The notes below the pieces were generated by a model. The model had not been told where the DNA came from, searched no databases, and saw only the letters and a list, made by a program, of their open reading frames with translations. Position numbers and translations under genes: made by a program. DNA of 64,000 bases from an uncultured Gammaproteobacteria bacterium (GTDB lineage Bacteria; Patescibacteriota; Microgenomatia; Daviesbacterales; UBA10151): the NCBI GenBank assembly GCA_964636275.1, contig CAZWRN010000002.1:9910-73909 (forward strand), read 5' to 3'. This document shows, one piece after another, positions 9,574 through 19,296 of this stretch. The number at the start of each line of letters is the position of its first letter. Positions within the stretch are counted from its first letter, which is position 1.

Positions 9574-11874
9574 TCATCTCCCAAAATTTTGAAGTAAACG
9601 GTTAAAATCATAAATGTCTACTTTTTCATTTCGATCAATATCCGATCTCAGGTTTGTTCCAGTTTGGCCAAAATCACCGACTAAAAGATTAAAGTCAAAA
9701 ACATCTACCTTTCCGTCATTATTGATATCACCAGTTTTTCTGGTAGTCGAAGGGCTTGGCGATGTTGAGAATTGGCAAGATACAGCAGTTATGTTATATC
9801 CTGAACCAACGTTTGAAGATCCATTTGAAAAAGTTGCTTCAACAGTGTATTTATAATTGGTTCCTGATGTAATATTGTCATCATTTAAAGCTATACCTGA
9901 AGTCTCCCCGACTTTAATACCACTTCCGGGAGCAGAAGTTTCTCTAAAAATTTTATAAATACCAACTCCTGGGACTTCTTGCCACTGAAGATGGATTCGG
10001 GGATTAATGCTATTTTCGCAATAGCTACTTGTTTGGTCTGCAACTATCTCAGGTTTGATGGTAGAAACAGGTGAAGGGCTTACTACCGGAGAGGGTGATG
10101 GGCTGGCTACGGTGCAGGTTGCCGGTGTAGTTAAGGTGACTGAATTTGATCGTTCGCCAGTGGTGGCTAAAATGTACAAAGAATAGGTCGTATTTAAATT
10201 TAGGGCTCTGATACCGTTAATTCCGGCATCGTAAATTCGGAGAGGTCGCAAGGTTAATCTTCCTGGCATTTGTCCATTATTGATCCCTACCCCTTTAACG
10301 GATGGTGATATTTCAACTGTATACTCTTTGCCAATATCTGTAAAATCAATATTTATAGCCGGATTTACACCAATGCATTCAGTAAAAGCGGTCATTGAAA
10401 TTTGTGGAGATGGTGTCGGAGAAGGTGTTGGACTTGGAGGTATCGGGGGTTGATTCCAATCCGATAAAACTGCCTGGGTCACATAAATCACACCTGATTT
10501 GGCCGGTATAGAATGTTGTGTGGCTAGAGTTCCATTCAAATTGTAAAGACCTACTCCGGATGTGTTATACCCATTATTGGAGTTATTCCAATATACCCAA
10601 GCTTTTTGAAATTTTCTCAGATAGACACCTGGGGAGACCTCCTGCATTCCTCCGGTAGGCTGTCCGATCTTTAGGTTCCAGTCTCTGAAAAAGGCCTCTG
10701 AATCAAACTGCGGACTAGTCAGAAGTGGATTATAATAAACCAAAGCTGTTTTACTGTTGCGAAACAGATTTAGAAATGCTGCTAAGTAATATTTTTGATA
10801 GGCTGCCTGTTGAGACTTATTGGTCTGGTTGTAACAATAACCAACACTTGTTGACCCACTACAATTGACATTGGTGTTTACTACAATAAATAAGTACTTA
10901 TTTAATCCAGACACCATATCCATCATACTGTTGATCTCACCTAGCCTGCCCGATGTCCCCAGATCTGACCCAGTTGGCCCAAGCGGATCTTCCCACATCA
11001 GACCATCAGCCCGGGGAGACGAGCCGTCATTGGAGATCAGTGGACGACTAAAAGCCACCCCTTGCCCTCCTGAATTGGCAATTAATAGCTTATTTGGTCC
11101 AATTGCTGATTTGACATCCCGAAACAGATCTGACCAGGAAGGCCCCCAGGCATTGAGAATATTATCTGGGACTTCAGCCGAGTTTAACCCAGGGATAGTT
11201 GGTGCCACTCCATCGGCCAAAAAACCGTCCATATTCATCTCATTAAGAGCCTGGGCTATTTTAGGCGCAATATATTGCCGGTAATGCGGATTTGTTATAT
11301 CCAGATAATGACCAAGTCTATTTGCCTTAGTAGCCGGCATTCCCTTTTTATGAATGAAAAATGATTCGCATTTGGCGCCACCACACATACCATCGGTTTC
11401 GGCGTTGGTATAAATTTCAGTTGCAAATCTCATATTAAAATCTAGAAGCCAGAAGACATGGTATCCGATGTATTTAGCATTGGGATTTTTTTGTTTTAAT
11501 TTAGTTGCTATATTAATCAGTCTTTGCTTATTCATGCCTGCATCACTTTGAATAGAGGCACACTCTTCGAAAACAATTCCGGTGTTGGATTTGGCTAAAT
11601 GAGTAATCTCTGCCTCACTGACATTTGGATCTGTTTCTCTGCCTGTCCATTTCGGACCCCTGCGGTAGCAACCAGTTGTTAAAATGATCGGAATATCTGG
11701 GTTTGCCCCAATATTTGATGCCCAAGGATCTCCAAATGGGTTGTAGTGGGACTCAAATGCGATATCAGGTGATTCGGTTGCTTTTGGTTGAAAGATCTGA
11801 GGATTACGAATTAGCCAGACTGAAATACCGATTCCTCCTAATATGACAAAAAGGGCGATTATTTTTCCTAGCAC
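9574..11874 (-). CDS. Secreted multidomain protein: glycoside-hydrolase-like TIM-barrel (GH114/GHL-like) + FN3 repeats + C-terminal type I dockerin
   Basis: 766 aa. N-terminal TM/signal. Catalytic-like region with MDGFLADGVAP. PSPTPSPTPSP linkers and FN3-like modules. The C-terminal GDINNDGKVDVFDFNLL...DIDRNEKVDIYDFNRLL is a duplicated dockerin Ca-binding repeat. Confidence 0.5.
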   Translation of the reverse strand: MLGKIIALFVILGGIGISVWLIRNPQIFQPKATESPDIAFESHYNPFGDPWASNIGANPDIPIILTTGCYRRGPKWTGRETDPNVSEAEITHLAKSNTGIVFEECASIQSDAGMNKQRLINIATKLKQKNPNAKYIGYHVFWLLDFNMRFATEIYTNAETDGMCGGAKCESFFIHKKGMPATKANRLGHYLDITNPHYRQYIAPKIAQALNEMNMDGFLADGVAPTIPGLNSAEVPDNILNAWGPSWSDLFRDVKSAIGPNKLLIANSGGQGVAFSRPLISNDGSSPRADGLMWEDPLGPTGSDLGTSGRLGEINSMMDMVSGLNKYLFIVVNTNVNCSGSTSVGYCYNQTNKSQQAAYQKYYLAAFLNLFRNSKTALVYYNPLLTSPQFDSEAFFRDWNLKIGQPTGGMQEVSPGVYLRKFQKAWVYWNNSNNGYNTSGVGLYNLNGTLATQHSIPAKSGVIYVTQAVLSDWNQPPIPPSPTPSPTPSPQISMTAFTECIGVNPAINIDFTDIGKEYTVEISPSVKGVGINNGQMPGRLTLRPLRIYDAGINGIRALNLNTTYSLYILATTGERSNSVTLTTPATCTVASPSPSPVVSPSPVSTIKPEIVADQTSSYCENSINPRIHLQWQEVPGVGIYKIFRETSAPGSGIKVGETSGIALNDDNITSGTNYKYTVEATFSNGSSNVGSGYNITAVSCQFSTSPSPSTTRKTGDINNDGKVDVFDFNLLVGDFGQTGTNLRSDIDRNEKVDIYDFNRLLQNFGR

Positions 11875-11913
11875 AAATTAAGATTATCAGAGTCAGGCAG
11901 ATTAACCAAGTTG

Positions 11914-12612
11914 CTATTTGCCAAAGTTTCTTTTTTGGTTTGAGTACCATTTAATAGCTTTTTCCAGCTCTTTTGGTGAAAAATCCGGCCAAAGCACTTT
12001 TGTAAAATATAGCTCTGAATAAGCTGTTTGCCAAAGCAGAAAATTGGATAGCCTGATTCTTCCTCCGGTTCTGATGACTAATTCTGGATCGGGCTCCCCT
12101 CTGGTATACAAATACTTATCAACTGTTTCATCATCGACTTTATTTAGATCTATCCCATCTTTGATCATCTCTTTGAAAGCCGCGACGACCTCCCTTTTTC
12201 CGCCATAATTGAGCGCAATATTTAAACGGATTGATTCATTTTTAATCAAGGTCTTTCGAATTTGATCGACGATCCGTTTAATTGCACCTGGAAGGCCGTC
12301 GACTTCTCCTAAAACAGATATGCCGACTCCATTTTGCATCATTTTTTTGATTTTAGTCTGATAGCCAGATCTCATCAGATCAAATAGCCCCGACAACTCT
12401 CGCTTGGCTCGCTCCTTTAGGTTTTCAGTCGAAAGGGCATAGACTGTAATAGTTTTTATTCCCATTTTGGAGGCTGCTTCAACAATTTTCTCCAAAGCCT
12501 CAGTCCCCTCTTTATGGCCTTCAATATCCGGTAAGTTCCGCGCCCTAGCCCAACGGCGATTGCCATCCATGATGATTGCAATATGCTGTGGGATGATTAG
12601 ATTTTTATTCAT
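11914..12612 (-). CDS. uppS: Isoprenyl transferase (undecaprenyl diphosphate synthase)
   Basis: IIMDGNRRWARARNLP...EGHKEG and RTGGRIRLSNFLLWQ are cis-prenyltransferase signatures. Confidence 0.9.
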   Translation of the reverse strand: MNKNLIIPQHIAIIMDGNRRWARARNLPDIEGHKEGTEALEKIVEAASKMGIKTITVYALSTENLKERAKRELSGLFDLMRSGYQTKIKKMMQNGVGISVLGEVDGLPGAIKRIVDQIRKTLIKNESIRLNIALNYGGKREVVAAFKEMIKDGIDLNKVDDETVDKYLYTRGEPDPELVIRTGGRIRLSNFLLWQTAYSELYFTKVLWPDFSPKELEKAIKWYSNQKRNFGK

Positions 12613-12617
12613 AGGAT

Positions 12618-13217
12618 TTATGGTTGATACGGAGGAAGTTCAATCGAGGGATATATTTTTGGGCCTCGACTGTATTCATCAATTGTCATTGCAATGGTGC
12701 GGCGCCTTTTGGCCCGATTTGAGGTTTCCTCTCCTCCATCAAACTCAACAGCGGCCGGACCTTTAAATCTTCCTGTCTGTAATATTCCTTGTTCAATATC
12801 CATTCCAACCTCTGATTGAGTAAATAATAATGCTCGAGCATGCCTATCACCATTCATATCATGATCCCTTTCACCAGATGGTAGCAATGGATTATCTTCA
12901 CAATTATGTCTCCATTTTTTGGACATGGGAAATTCTGTTGGGTCTACTAATCCATCTAGATATACACTACCCCGTACATCGGTTGGTACAATATATTGAG
13001 CCAACCATATAAAATCTTCTAGCAGTTTATGCTCGTCTATTTCTTGCAGAATAAGTCCCATGGTGGTGTGTTTAGAAAATAATCGTAATCTGCCAAAATC
13101 TACACCTGTTGTTTTAAGAAAAGCTTGAGCTTCATTCCTTAGTGGCCTTATATAACTTCTTTCAGGAGAATCAAAGGTAATTAATGTTTTATGTCTTTCT
13201 ACAAGGATTCCACTCAT
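12618..13217 (-). CDS. YjbQ/UPF0047-like protein (putative)
   Basis: KHTTMGLILQE...ARALL...GILQTGRFKGPAAVEFDGG resembles the YjbQ family, with insertions. Confidence 0.35.
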   Translation of the reverse strand: MSGILVERHKTLITFDSPERSYIRPLRNEAQAFLKTTGVDFGRLRLFSKHTTMGLILQEIDEHKLLEDFIWLAQYIVPTDVRGSVYLDGLVDPTEFPMSKKWRHNCEDNPLLPSGERDHDMNGDRHARALLFTQSEVGMDIEQGILQTGRFKGPAAVEFDGGEETSNRAKRRRTIAMTIDEYSRGPKIYPSIELPPYQP

Positions 13218-13218
13218 T

Positions 13219-14250
13219 TTATTTTTTTCTTTCTATTAACAGATCTGCCAACTGATATAACAACTGTTGATGTTCTATATTTTTAGTAATTTTGGAAATC
13301 ATTTTTTTAGCCTCAGCTACATATTGTACTGCTTTTGCCTGAGCCTGATCAAGGCTATTTGTTTGTAAGAAAATTTGCCTAATTTTTTCGAAATCTTTCG
13401 CACTTATCCTCCCCTTCCCATACAACTTTTTAAGATCTTTTTTTTGTGAGGGAGAAGCGATCTGTTCAGCATAAGCCAATAAAATCGTGGCTTTCCCTTC
13501 TTCGACATCACAAGTTATCGGTTTACCTAACTCTTCTTCTGTACCAAAGACTCCTAAAATATCATCCTGTATTTGGTAAGCGATACCTAAAGCATCACCA
13601 AATTGTTTTAATTTTTCTAAATCACTTTTTGATGCACCTGCTAAATGAGCACCCATTTGCAATGGACCAACTAAACTATATCGAGCGGTTTTATATTTAT
13701 AAATCTGCATAATGGTGTTTTCGCTTAACTGAATTTTTTTGCTAGGAATTTCAACATCTAACATTTCACCTAACGCTGTCTCTACCATTGCATTAGTAAA
13801 TGCAGAAATCGCCTGAACTTTATTTTCAGCCTCAAAATGAGTGTTAGAAAGAATTTGAATTGCCAAAAAAAACCCTGTGTCTCCGAGACAGATTGACTGA
13901 CTGATGGCATAATGATCACCCCCCAATGAAGCATAAAGAGTGGCTTTCCCTCGTCTTAATTGGCTTTTATCGATAATATCATCATGGGCTAGTATTGCAG
14001 TTTGGAATATTTCATAAGCAGCGGCAGGCAAAAATATTTCATGATTTAAATTTTTATATAATTCGTAACCCAGTCTCACTAATGTTCCTCTAATTTTTTT
14101 GCCACCTTTATTGGATTCAATGACAGCATCAATCAGAGGTATTAAGTGTTTATCTATTTTGTCAACTTCACTTTTCCATTGTTGGAAAAATGATTGTAGG
14201 TGCTTATCAATATGTGTAGCCGATTCCTTTAAATATTCTTTGAATATCAT
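13219..14250 (-). CDS. Polyprenyl (geranylgeranyl/farnesyl) diphosphate synthase
   Basis: First Asp-rich motif LAHDDIIDKSQLRRG and second YQIQDDILGVFG. Start trimmed to MIFKEYLKES. Confidence 0.85.
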   Translation of the reverse strand: MIFKEYLKESATHIDKHLQSFFQQWKSEVDKIDKHLIPLIDAVIESNKGGKKIRGTLVRLGYELYKNLNHEIFLPAAAYEIFQTAILAHDDIIDKSQLRRGKATLYASLGGDHYAISQSICLGDTGFFLAIQILSNTHFEAENKVQAISAFTNAMVETALGEMLDVEIPSKKIQLSENTIMQIYKYKTARYSLVGPLQMGAHLAGASKSDLEKLKQFGDALGIAYQIQDDILGVFGTEEELGKPITCDVEEGKATILLAYAEQIASPSQKKDLKKLYGKGRISAKDFEKIRQIFLQTNSLDQAQAKAVQYVAEAKKMISKITKNIEHQQLLYQLADLLIERKK

Positions 14251-14302
14251 AATTGGTAAGTTTAACAAAAATCTTACGTTTGTTATACTGTTAGTCTTGC
14301 TT

Positions 14303-14866
14303 ATGTCAAAAAACCCATACACTGGTCAAGACAAGTCTTTCAAATATCGTGGTTTTGAAAAAGCCTACAAAGAAACAGCTCTTCCTCTCATGAAATTCTT
14401 AATCAAAAGAATGGGGGGCGATCAGAAAGCAGCCGAAGAAGTTTTCTCTCGAACTGCCGAGGCCGCTTTAAAAAGTTGGTATAGTTTTGAAAATAAAAGT
14501 AGCTTTTTTACCTGGGTATGTCGAATCGGTCTCAATAAAGTGGCGGATTACTACCGCGATCAAATCCATGAAAGATCAAAATTAATCTATCCACTCTTTA
14601 AAGATTTGGCTAATATTGAAGACAAAAATTTGTCTCACGAAGAAAGATTGGCTGTAGAAGAACTACGATCACAACTGAATGAATGTCTAAATATATTACC
14701 TTATAACAAACGTCAAATGCTTCAGTTCCGTTACTGGGAAGATATGACTTTATCAAAAATCGCGAATAAACTTGGTATTAGTGAACGTGCTGCTGAGGGA
14801 AAATTATATCGAGCGCGTCTTGCTTTGAAAGAAGTTATCGTTGAGAAATATCCTCATCTTAAATAG
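14303..14866 (+). CDS. RNA polymerase sigma-70 (ECF-type) factor
   Basis: Region 2 (GDQKAAEEVFSRTAEAALKSWYSF...WVCRIGLNKVADYYR) and region 4 HTH (MTLSKIANKLGISERAAEGKLYRARLALKE). The exact start is uncertain (14303, 14384 or 14405). Confidence 0.7.
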   Translation: MSKNPYTGQDKSFKYRGFEKAYKETALPLMKFLIKRMGGDQKAAEEVFSRTAEAALKSWYSFENKSSFFTWVCRIGLNKVADYYRDQIHERSKLIYPLFKDLANIEDKNLSHEERLAVEELRSQLNECLNILPYNKRQMLQFRYWEDMTLSKIANKLGISERAAEGKLYRARLALKEVIVEKYPHLK

Positions 14867-14904
14867 TTTTTAAAACAATCCTTAATTTGGTATTATTCTC
14901 TCGG

Positions 14905-15696
14905 ATGAAAAAACTTATTATTATCAAACTGGGTGGAAGTATTGTAACCAATAAAAATTCCGCTACACCAAAGGCTAAAATCGATGTGATTAAACAGTTA
15001 GCCCAAGATATTGCCGAAATAAGAAAGAACTATCGACTAATTTTAGTTCATGGTGCTGGGTCTTATGCCCATCCTTTGGTTAAAAAATCTGGTATTCATA
15101 AAGGAATTTATTCTGATGCAGATAAATTAGCATTCGCTCAGGAAAATATAGACATGTTAACTCTGAATAATTTAATCACCCATTCTTTGGTGGATCAAAG
15201 TATTCCATGTACTTCTTTACCACCTCATAGCTTTATATCGAAAAAAAATGACCAACTGACTTTTGATACTAAATTAATTAAAAAGTATTTGGTCCTTGGC
15301 TTAGTTCCGGTTTTGTATGGTGATATGATTTTAGATAATACCCAAAACGCTTCGGTCTTATCTGGAGATGCGATAACGACTTTTTTGGCAAGAGAACTCA
15401 AACCAGATAAGGTTATATTCTTATCTGATGTTGATGGTATATTTGATTCAGATCCCAAGAAGAATCCCCAAGCAAAACTGATTCCTGAAATTAATAATGA
15501 TAATTTAGAAAATATTCTCACTGGCCTGACTGATAATAACCCTCATGATGTCACAGGTGAAATGAAAGGAAAGATTCTTGAAATAAAAAGCAGACTATCT
15601 GGAACTGAAGTTATTTTAGCGAATGGATTAAAACCTCAGATCTTAAAAAAGGTGTTGGATCAATCCCCAGTTGGGACAGAGCTTCTATTTGAGTAA
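14905..15696 (+). CDS. Isopentenyl phosphate kinase (amino-acid-kinase fold)
   Basis: IIIKLGGS and HGAGSYAH motifs are typical of the IPK/FomA branch. The ORF track start at 14887 is TTG, so the ATG at 14905 is preferred. Confidence 0.65.
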   Translation: MKKLIIIKLGGSIVTNKNSATPKAKIDVIKQLAQDIAEIRKNYRLILVHGAGSYAHPLVKKSGIHKGIYSDADKLAFAQENIDMLTLNNLITHSLVDQSIPCTSLPPHSFISKKNDQLTFDTKLIKKYLVLGLVPVLYGDMILDNTQNASVLSGDAITTFLARELKPDKVIFLSDVDGIFDSDPKKNPQAKLIPEINNDNLENILTGLTDNNPHDVTGEMKGKILEIKSRLSGTEVILANGLKPQILKKVLDQSPVGTELLFE

Positions 15697-16264
15697 ACCC
15701 TTTTTTCATCAGCTCATATATTTCCCAATTTGGTAACTCGGTTGGTTTTTCTACAATTAGACTTCTTAATTGATGGGGATTTTCCAAATGAGCTAAATGA
15801 GCTCGAGCAATTTCAGATGTACCACCTTTAAATAAAACCCTTTGCGTTCCTTGGGTGGCTAATATTCTTCTAACATCTACCCACACTGGTTCACCTACCT
15901 CATGGTCAAACGAACCTCTTCTAAATTGGCTGTCTTGAGTTGCCGAAATCTGATAAGCATGTAGCCAAGCACCTACCTCTGGTTTTGATACCCGGACTAT
16001 AGAAAGTTTCGCTGATTCAAGCGGATGAGGAATTGCAATACGTCCCGCAGTAACGGCAACTTCTTCCTGTAATAACCGATCCATAGCCTGAGCATGAGAT
16101 TCTCCTGGTTCAACAGTTTCATAAGGAAATCCTAATTGGCCCTGAAGCTTACCTGATTCCTCTTTAGAATTTTTTTCAGTAGTCATTAATACCTGATGTG
16201 GATTATTTTGGCGGTAAATAACAGCACCAACACCAGATATTAGTTCAACTCGACTATCGATCAT
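15611..16264 (-). CDS. NUDIX hydrolase
   Basis: Nudix box GFPYETVEPGESHAQAMDRLLQEEVAV. Internal start (MIDSRVEL) chosen so it does not overlap the ispG start. The 3' end overlaps IPK by 86 nt in convergent orientation. Confidence 0.55.
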   Translation of the reverse strand: MIDSRVELISGVGAVIYRQNNPHQVLMTTEKNSKEESGKLQGQLGFPYETVEPGESHAQAMDRLLQEEVAVTAGRIAIPHPLESAKLSIVRVSKPEVGAWLHAYQISATQDSQFRRGSFDHEVGEPVWVDVRRILATQGTQRVLFKGGTSEIARAHLAHLENPHQLRSLIVEKPTELPNWEIYELMKKGFTQIEALSQLGIDPTPFLRSEVLIHSLK

Positions 16265-16329
16265 GCCTAAATTATACCAGATTATGGGCTTTTTTGTGGG
16301 TTTTTTATATTTTTTGGGACTAATAGTAT

Positions 16330-17547
16330 ATGCCAAATTTTTTTCCTGAACGAAGAGTTACTCGCAGTATAACAGTCGGTTCGGTTAAAATTGGTGACAA
16401 GTATCCAGTTAGTATCCAGTCTATGATCACTGCCGAAACAAGGGACACCCAATCGGCCGTTCAGCAAATCATCCAACTTCATAAATCGGGGGCGGAGATT
16501 GTTAGAGTTACAACCCCGACTATTTCTGATGCTAAAAATTTAGCTCAGATTAAAAAACAATTAACCACATCCTATCAAGATGTGCCTTTAGTGGCTGACG
16601 TACATCATCAAGGATCAGCTATAGCTATTGAGGCCGCACATTATGCTGATAAAATTCGTATCAATCCCGGACTTTTAGTTTACTCAAAAGCACAACTCGA
16701 CTATTCCCCATCTGATATTGAAAGAGAACAAGAAGCTATAGCTGGTGCGCTTGAACCAATTATTGCTGCCTGTATTGATCGCGGAATACCGATGCGGATT
16801 GGGGTGAATCATGGGAGTTTATCTCCTCGTTTAATGTATATGTACGGAGATACTCCTGAAGGAATGGTTCAATCGGCTATGGAGTATTTACAATTAAGTC
16901 AGGATTTGGGTTTTACAGATTTGATAGTATCTATGAAAGCCAGTCGTGTCAATGTAATGCTGGCTGCTAATCGGCTTATGGCAAAAACTATGGATGACGC
17001 TGGAATGAATTATCCAATGCATTTAGGTGTAACAGAGGCCGGACAAGGTGATTATGCCCGGACTAAAAGTGCAATTGGGATTGGATCACTTCTAGCAGAT
17101 GGGATTGGAGATACAATTCGGGTTTCCTTAACAGAGGATCCGGTAAAAGAAGTAACTGCCTGCAACGATATTCTTCAAGCGGTTGGTCTTCGTAAAACTA
17201 AAGCGGAAATTATTAGTTGTCCAGGATGTGGTCGGACAAAATTTGATTTACCAAATGTTACAGAAATGGTTACTCAAAAGTTTGGCCATTTAAAAGTCGA
17301 TTTAGCTGTCATGGGCTGTATGGTCAATGGCCCTGGTGAAATGGCTGATGCTGAGTATGGCTATGTGGGTAAAGGTGGGGGTATGGTGGGACTGTATCGA
17401 GGAAAATCTGAAATTGCTTTAGTCCCCCAACAAGAAGCAGTATCTGCATTACAAAAATTAATAGAAGCTGATGGAAAATGGAGTGAACCACCTATCGTTT
17501 CTTCGACCGGAATGTTGCGTGTCTTAAATGATCGGCCTCGATTTTAG
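16330..17547 (+). CDS. ispG: 4-hydroxy-3-methylbut-2-en-1-yl diphosphate synthase
   Basis: VKIGDKYPVSIQSMITAET...CPGCGRT is the GcpE signature, including the Fe-S Cys cluster. Confidence 0.9.
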   Translation: MPNFFPERRVTRSITVGSVKIGDKYPVSIQSMITAETRDTQSAVQQIIQLHKSGAEIVRVTTPTISDAKNLAQIKKQLTTSYQDVPLVADVHHQGSAIAIEAAHYADKIRINPGLLVYSKAQLDYSPSDIEREQEAIAGALEPIIAACIDRGIPMRIGVNHGSLSPRLMYMYGDTPEGMVQSAMEYLQLSQDLGFTDLIVSMKASRVNVMLAANRLMAKTMDDAGMNYPMHLGVTEAGQGDYARTKSAIGIGSLLADGIGDTIRVSLTEDPVKEVTACNDILQAVGLRKTKAEIISCPGCGRTKFDLPNVTEMVTQKFGHLKVDLAVMGCMVNGPGEMADAEYGYVGKGGGMVGLYRGKSEIALVPQQEAVSALQKLIEADGKWSEPPIVSSTGMLRVLNDRPRF

Positions 17548-17635
17548 AAATTTCTAGAGATTGTGTTTAAAAATTTCATATATTTAGAAACAGGAAGCAA
17601 ATGAGAACTAATGAGCTATTAGCAAGTTTACCAAA

Positions 17636-18184
17636 TTAGGAATTAAAGAAACCAGCTTCTTTTAAAACTTTTGCTCCAGCAACTGTCCATGGAGAATAGT
17701 TATTCGGATTTTTTTCTACATCTTCAATAAACTCTTTTTTACTCATCCATTTGTATCCATATCCAACTTCTTCGTTCAGTTTAAAATCACCATTGTATTC
17801 CCCTACCAACATTGCACAGTGCTCATTTTCACATAGCTCTCCGTAGGTAGCAAAGTAATCAAAGAAACCATAATTTTTGAGCGGCATTTTTTCAGAAATC
17901 TGGTATTCTCGCTCTAATGATCTCCAAGAGGCATCTTCAACTGTTTCATCAGTTCCATCGGGATTATGCAAAGGATGAGTTGAAGCAGTCATATCCCAAA
18001 CATCATCAAATACTCGGTGTTTTCTTCGTTGGATAAGTAACTCGCCTTTTGAATTAATAAGTTGAACGGTAATAGCCAAATGACGTTGGCCTTTACCAGT
18101 GTGACCAACCCATTTAGGTATGTACTCGCCTTTGAATTCACCATTTTCGTCTACTGCTAATATAATTTGATCGTCTTGACTCAT
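17636..18184 (-). CDS. idi: Isopentenyl-diphosphate delta-isomerase, type 1 (Nudix fold)
   Basis: HTGKGQRHLAITVQLINSKGELLIQRRKHRVFDDVWDMTASTHPLH matches the IDI-1 core. Confidence 0.75.
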   Translation of the reverse strand: MSQDDQIILAVDENGEFKGEYIPKWVGHTGKGQRHLAITVQLINSKGELLIQRRKHRVFDDVWDMTASTHPLHNPDGTDETVEDASWRSLEREYQISEKMPLKNYGFFDYFATYGELCENEHCAMLVGEYNGDFKLNEEVGYGYKWMSKKEFIEDVEKNPNNYSPWTVAGAKVLKEAGFFNS

Positions 18185-19230
18185 ATTACTTTCTCTCTGT
18201 AGTCTACCACTTTTGGTTGACGTCTCGGAAACGTTGTTGGTTCAGATGCTACACTTAATCTTCTGGGTTCATACCCCAGTTTTGCTAATACTTTCATTGC
18301 CTCCATTGGAACTTCTGGTGGAGCTGATGCTCCAGCAGTTATTGCGACTAGCTTTTTACCTTCTACTATCTGCGGAGTAAGTAAATCAGCTGTTTCTAAA
18401 AGATGCGTTTGTACACCAGCAGCTTCAGCAATTTTCTTTAGCTGTTTAGTATTAGAGCTTATTTCTGATCCAAATGCAACCATTAGATCAGGATTCAATG
18501 CCAAGACAGCTCTTAAGGCACTTTGTCTATTTTTAGTTGCATAACAAACATCCCCTTCGGGAGGGATTTTTATTCCAGGAACTTTTTCTTTAATCAATTC
18601 AATCCATTGATTGGCTTCTTGAATATTGAGAGTTGTTTGGGTATCTACGGCATATGAAGTATTTGGCTCAGCAACTAATTTATTTATGTCATCAGGACTA
18701 GTAATTGGCACTACTACATCAGGAGCACTTTTAATAAATCCAACTACTTCTTTGTGACCTTTTATTAAATCATCCTCTTTACAGATGTAAAGTACTTTTG
18801 GTCTGAGCCCCTCTTCTGATGCTTCAGCGATATGTCTATCTCGTCTGACATGTGCCACTTCAACTAATGGACACGTACTATCTACAACTTTTAATCCCCT
18901 AGCAGCTAAAACATCCCGATCAGGATACGACAATCCATGCGCACTAATCATGGCGACTTCTCCCAATGGGACTTCTTCAGGTTTTTCTACAAAAACCATA
19001 CCCTGTCGACGTAGTCCTTCGACTACCAAATTATTATTGACTAACGTCCCCACTCCCCACAATTTCCGGGCTCCTCCAGGGACTATTCCTTCAGCCGCCA
19101 TAGTCTTTTGGGCATTTTCAATTGACCAAGCAACTCCAGCACAAGCGGCCAAAGGATATGCCTGCAGAGCAATTTTTCTCCCAGATTTTAAATCGTCTGG
19201 CGAAAATGGTCTAATATCTGGTTTTGACAT
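18181..19230 (-). CDS. ispH: 4-hydroxy-3-methylbut-2-enyl diphosphate reductase
   Basis: LytB motifs LAACAGV, TLVNNNLVV and VVDSTCPLV. It overlaps idi by 4 nt. Confidence 0.85.
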   Translation of the reverse strand: MSKPDIRPFSPDDLKSGRKIALQAYPLAACAGVAWSIENAQKTMAAEGIVPGGARKLWGVGTLVNNNLVVEGLRRQGMVFVEKPEEVPLGEVAMISAHGLSYPDRDVLAARGLKVVDSTCPLVEVAHVRRDRHIAEASEEGLRPKVLYICKEDDLIKGHKEVVGFIKSAPDVVVPITSPDDINKLVAEPNTSYAVDTQTTLNIQEANQWIELIKEKVPGIKIPPEGDVCYATKNRQSALRAVLALNPDLMVAFGSEISSNTKQLKKIAEAAGVQTHLLETADLLTPQIVEGKKLVAITAGASAPPEVPMEAMKVLAKLGYEPRRLSVASEPTTFPRRQPKVVDYREKVI

Positions 19231-19296
19231 AAAAACTTTCTGAGCAGTTATATATTAGTCGTTTTGAATTGTCAAAACCCACGCCGAGTTAGTAAA

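Noticed and set aside
12467-12766. 99-aa ORF spanning uppS/YjbQ junction
   Set aside because: It is antisense to two well-supported genes.
14099-14302. 5' extension of the sigma-factor ORF to 14099
   Set aside because: It overlaps the polyprenyl synthase gene on the opposite strand. Sigma region 2 begins well downstream, so the start was trimmed.
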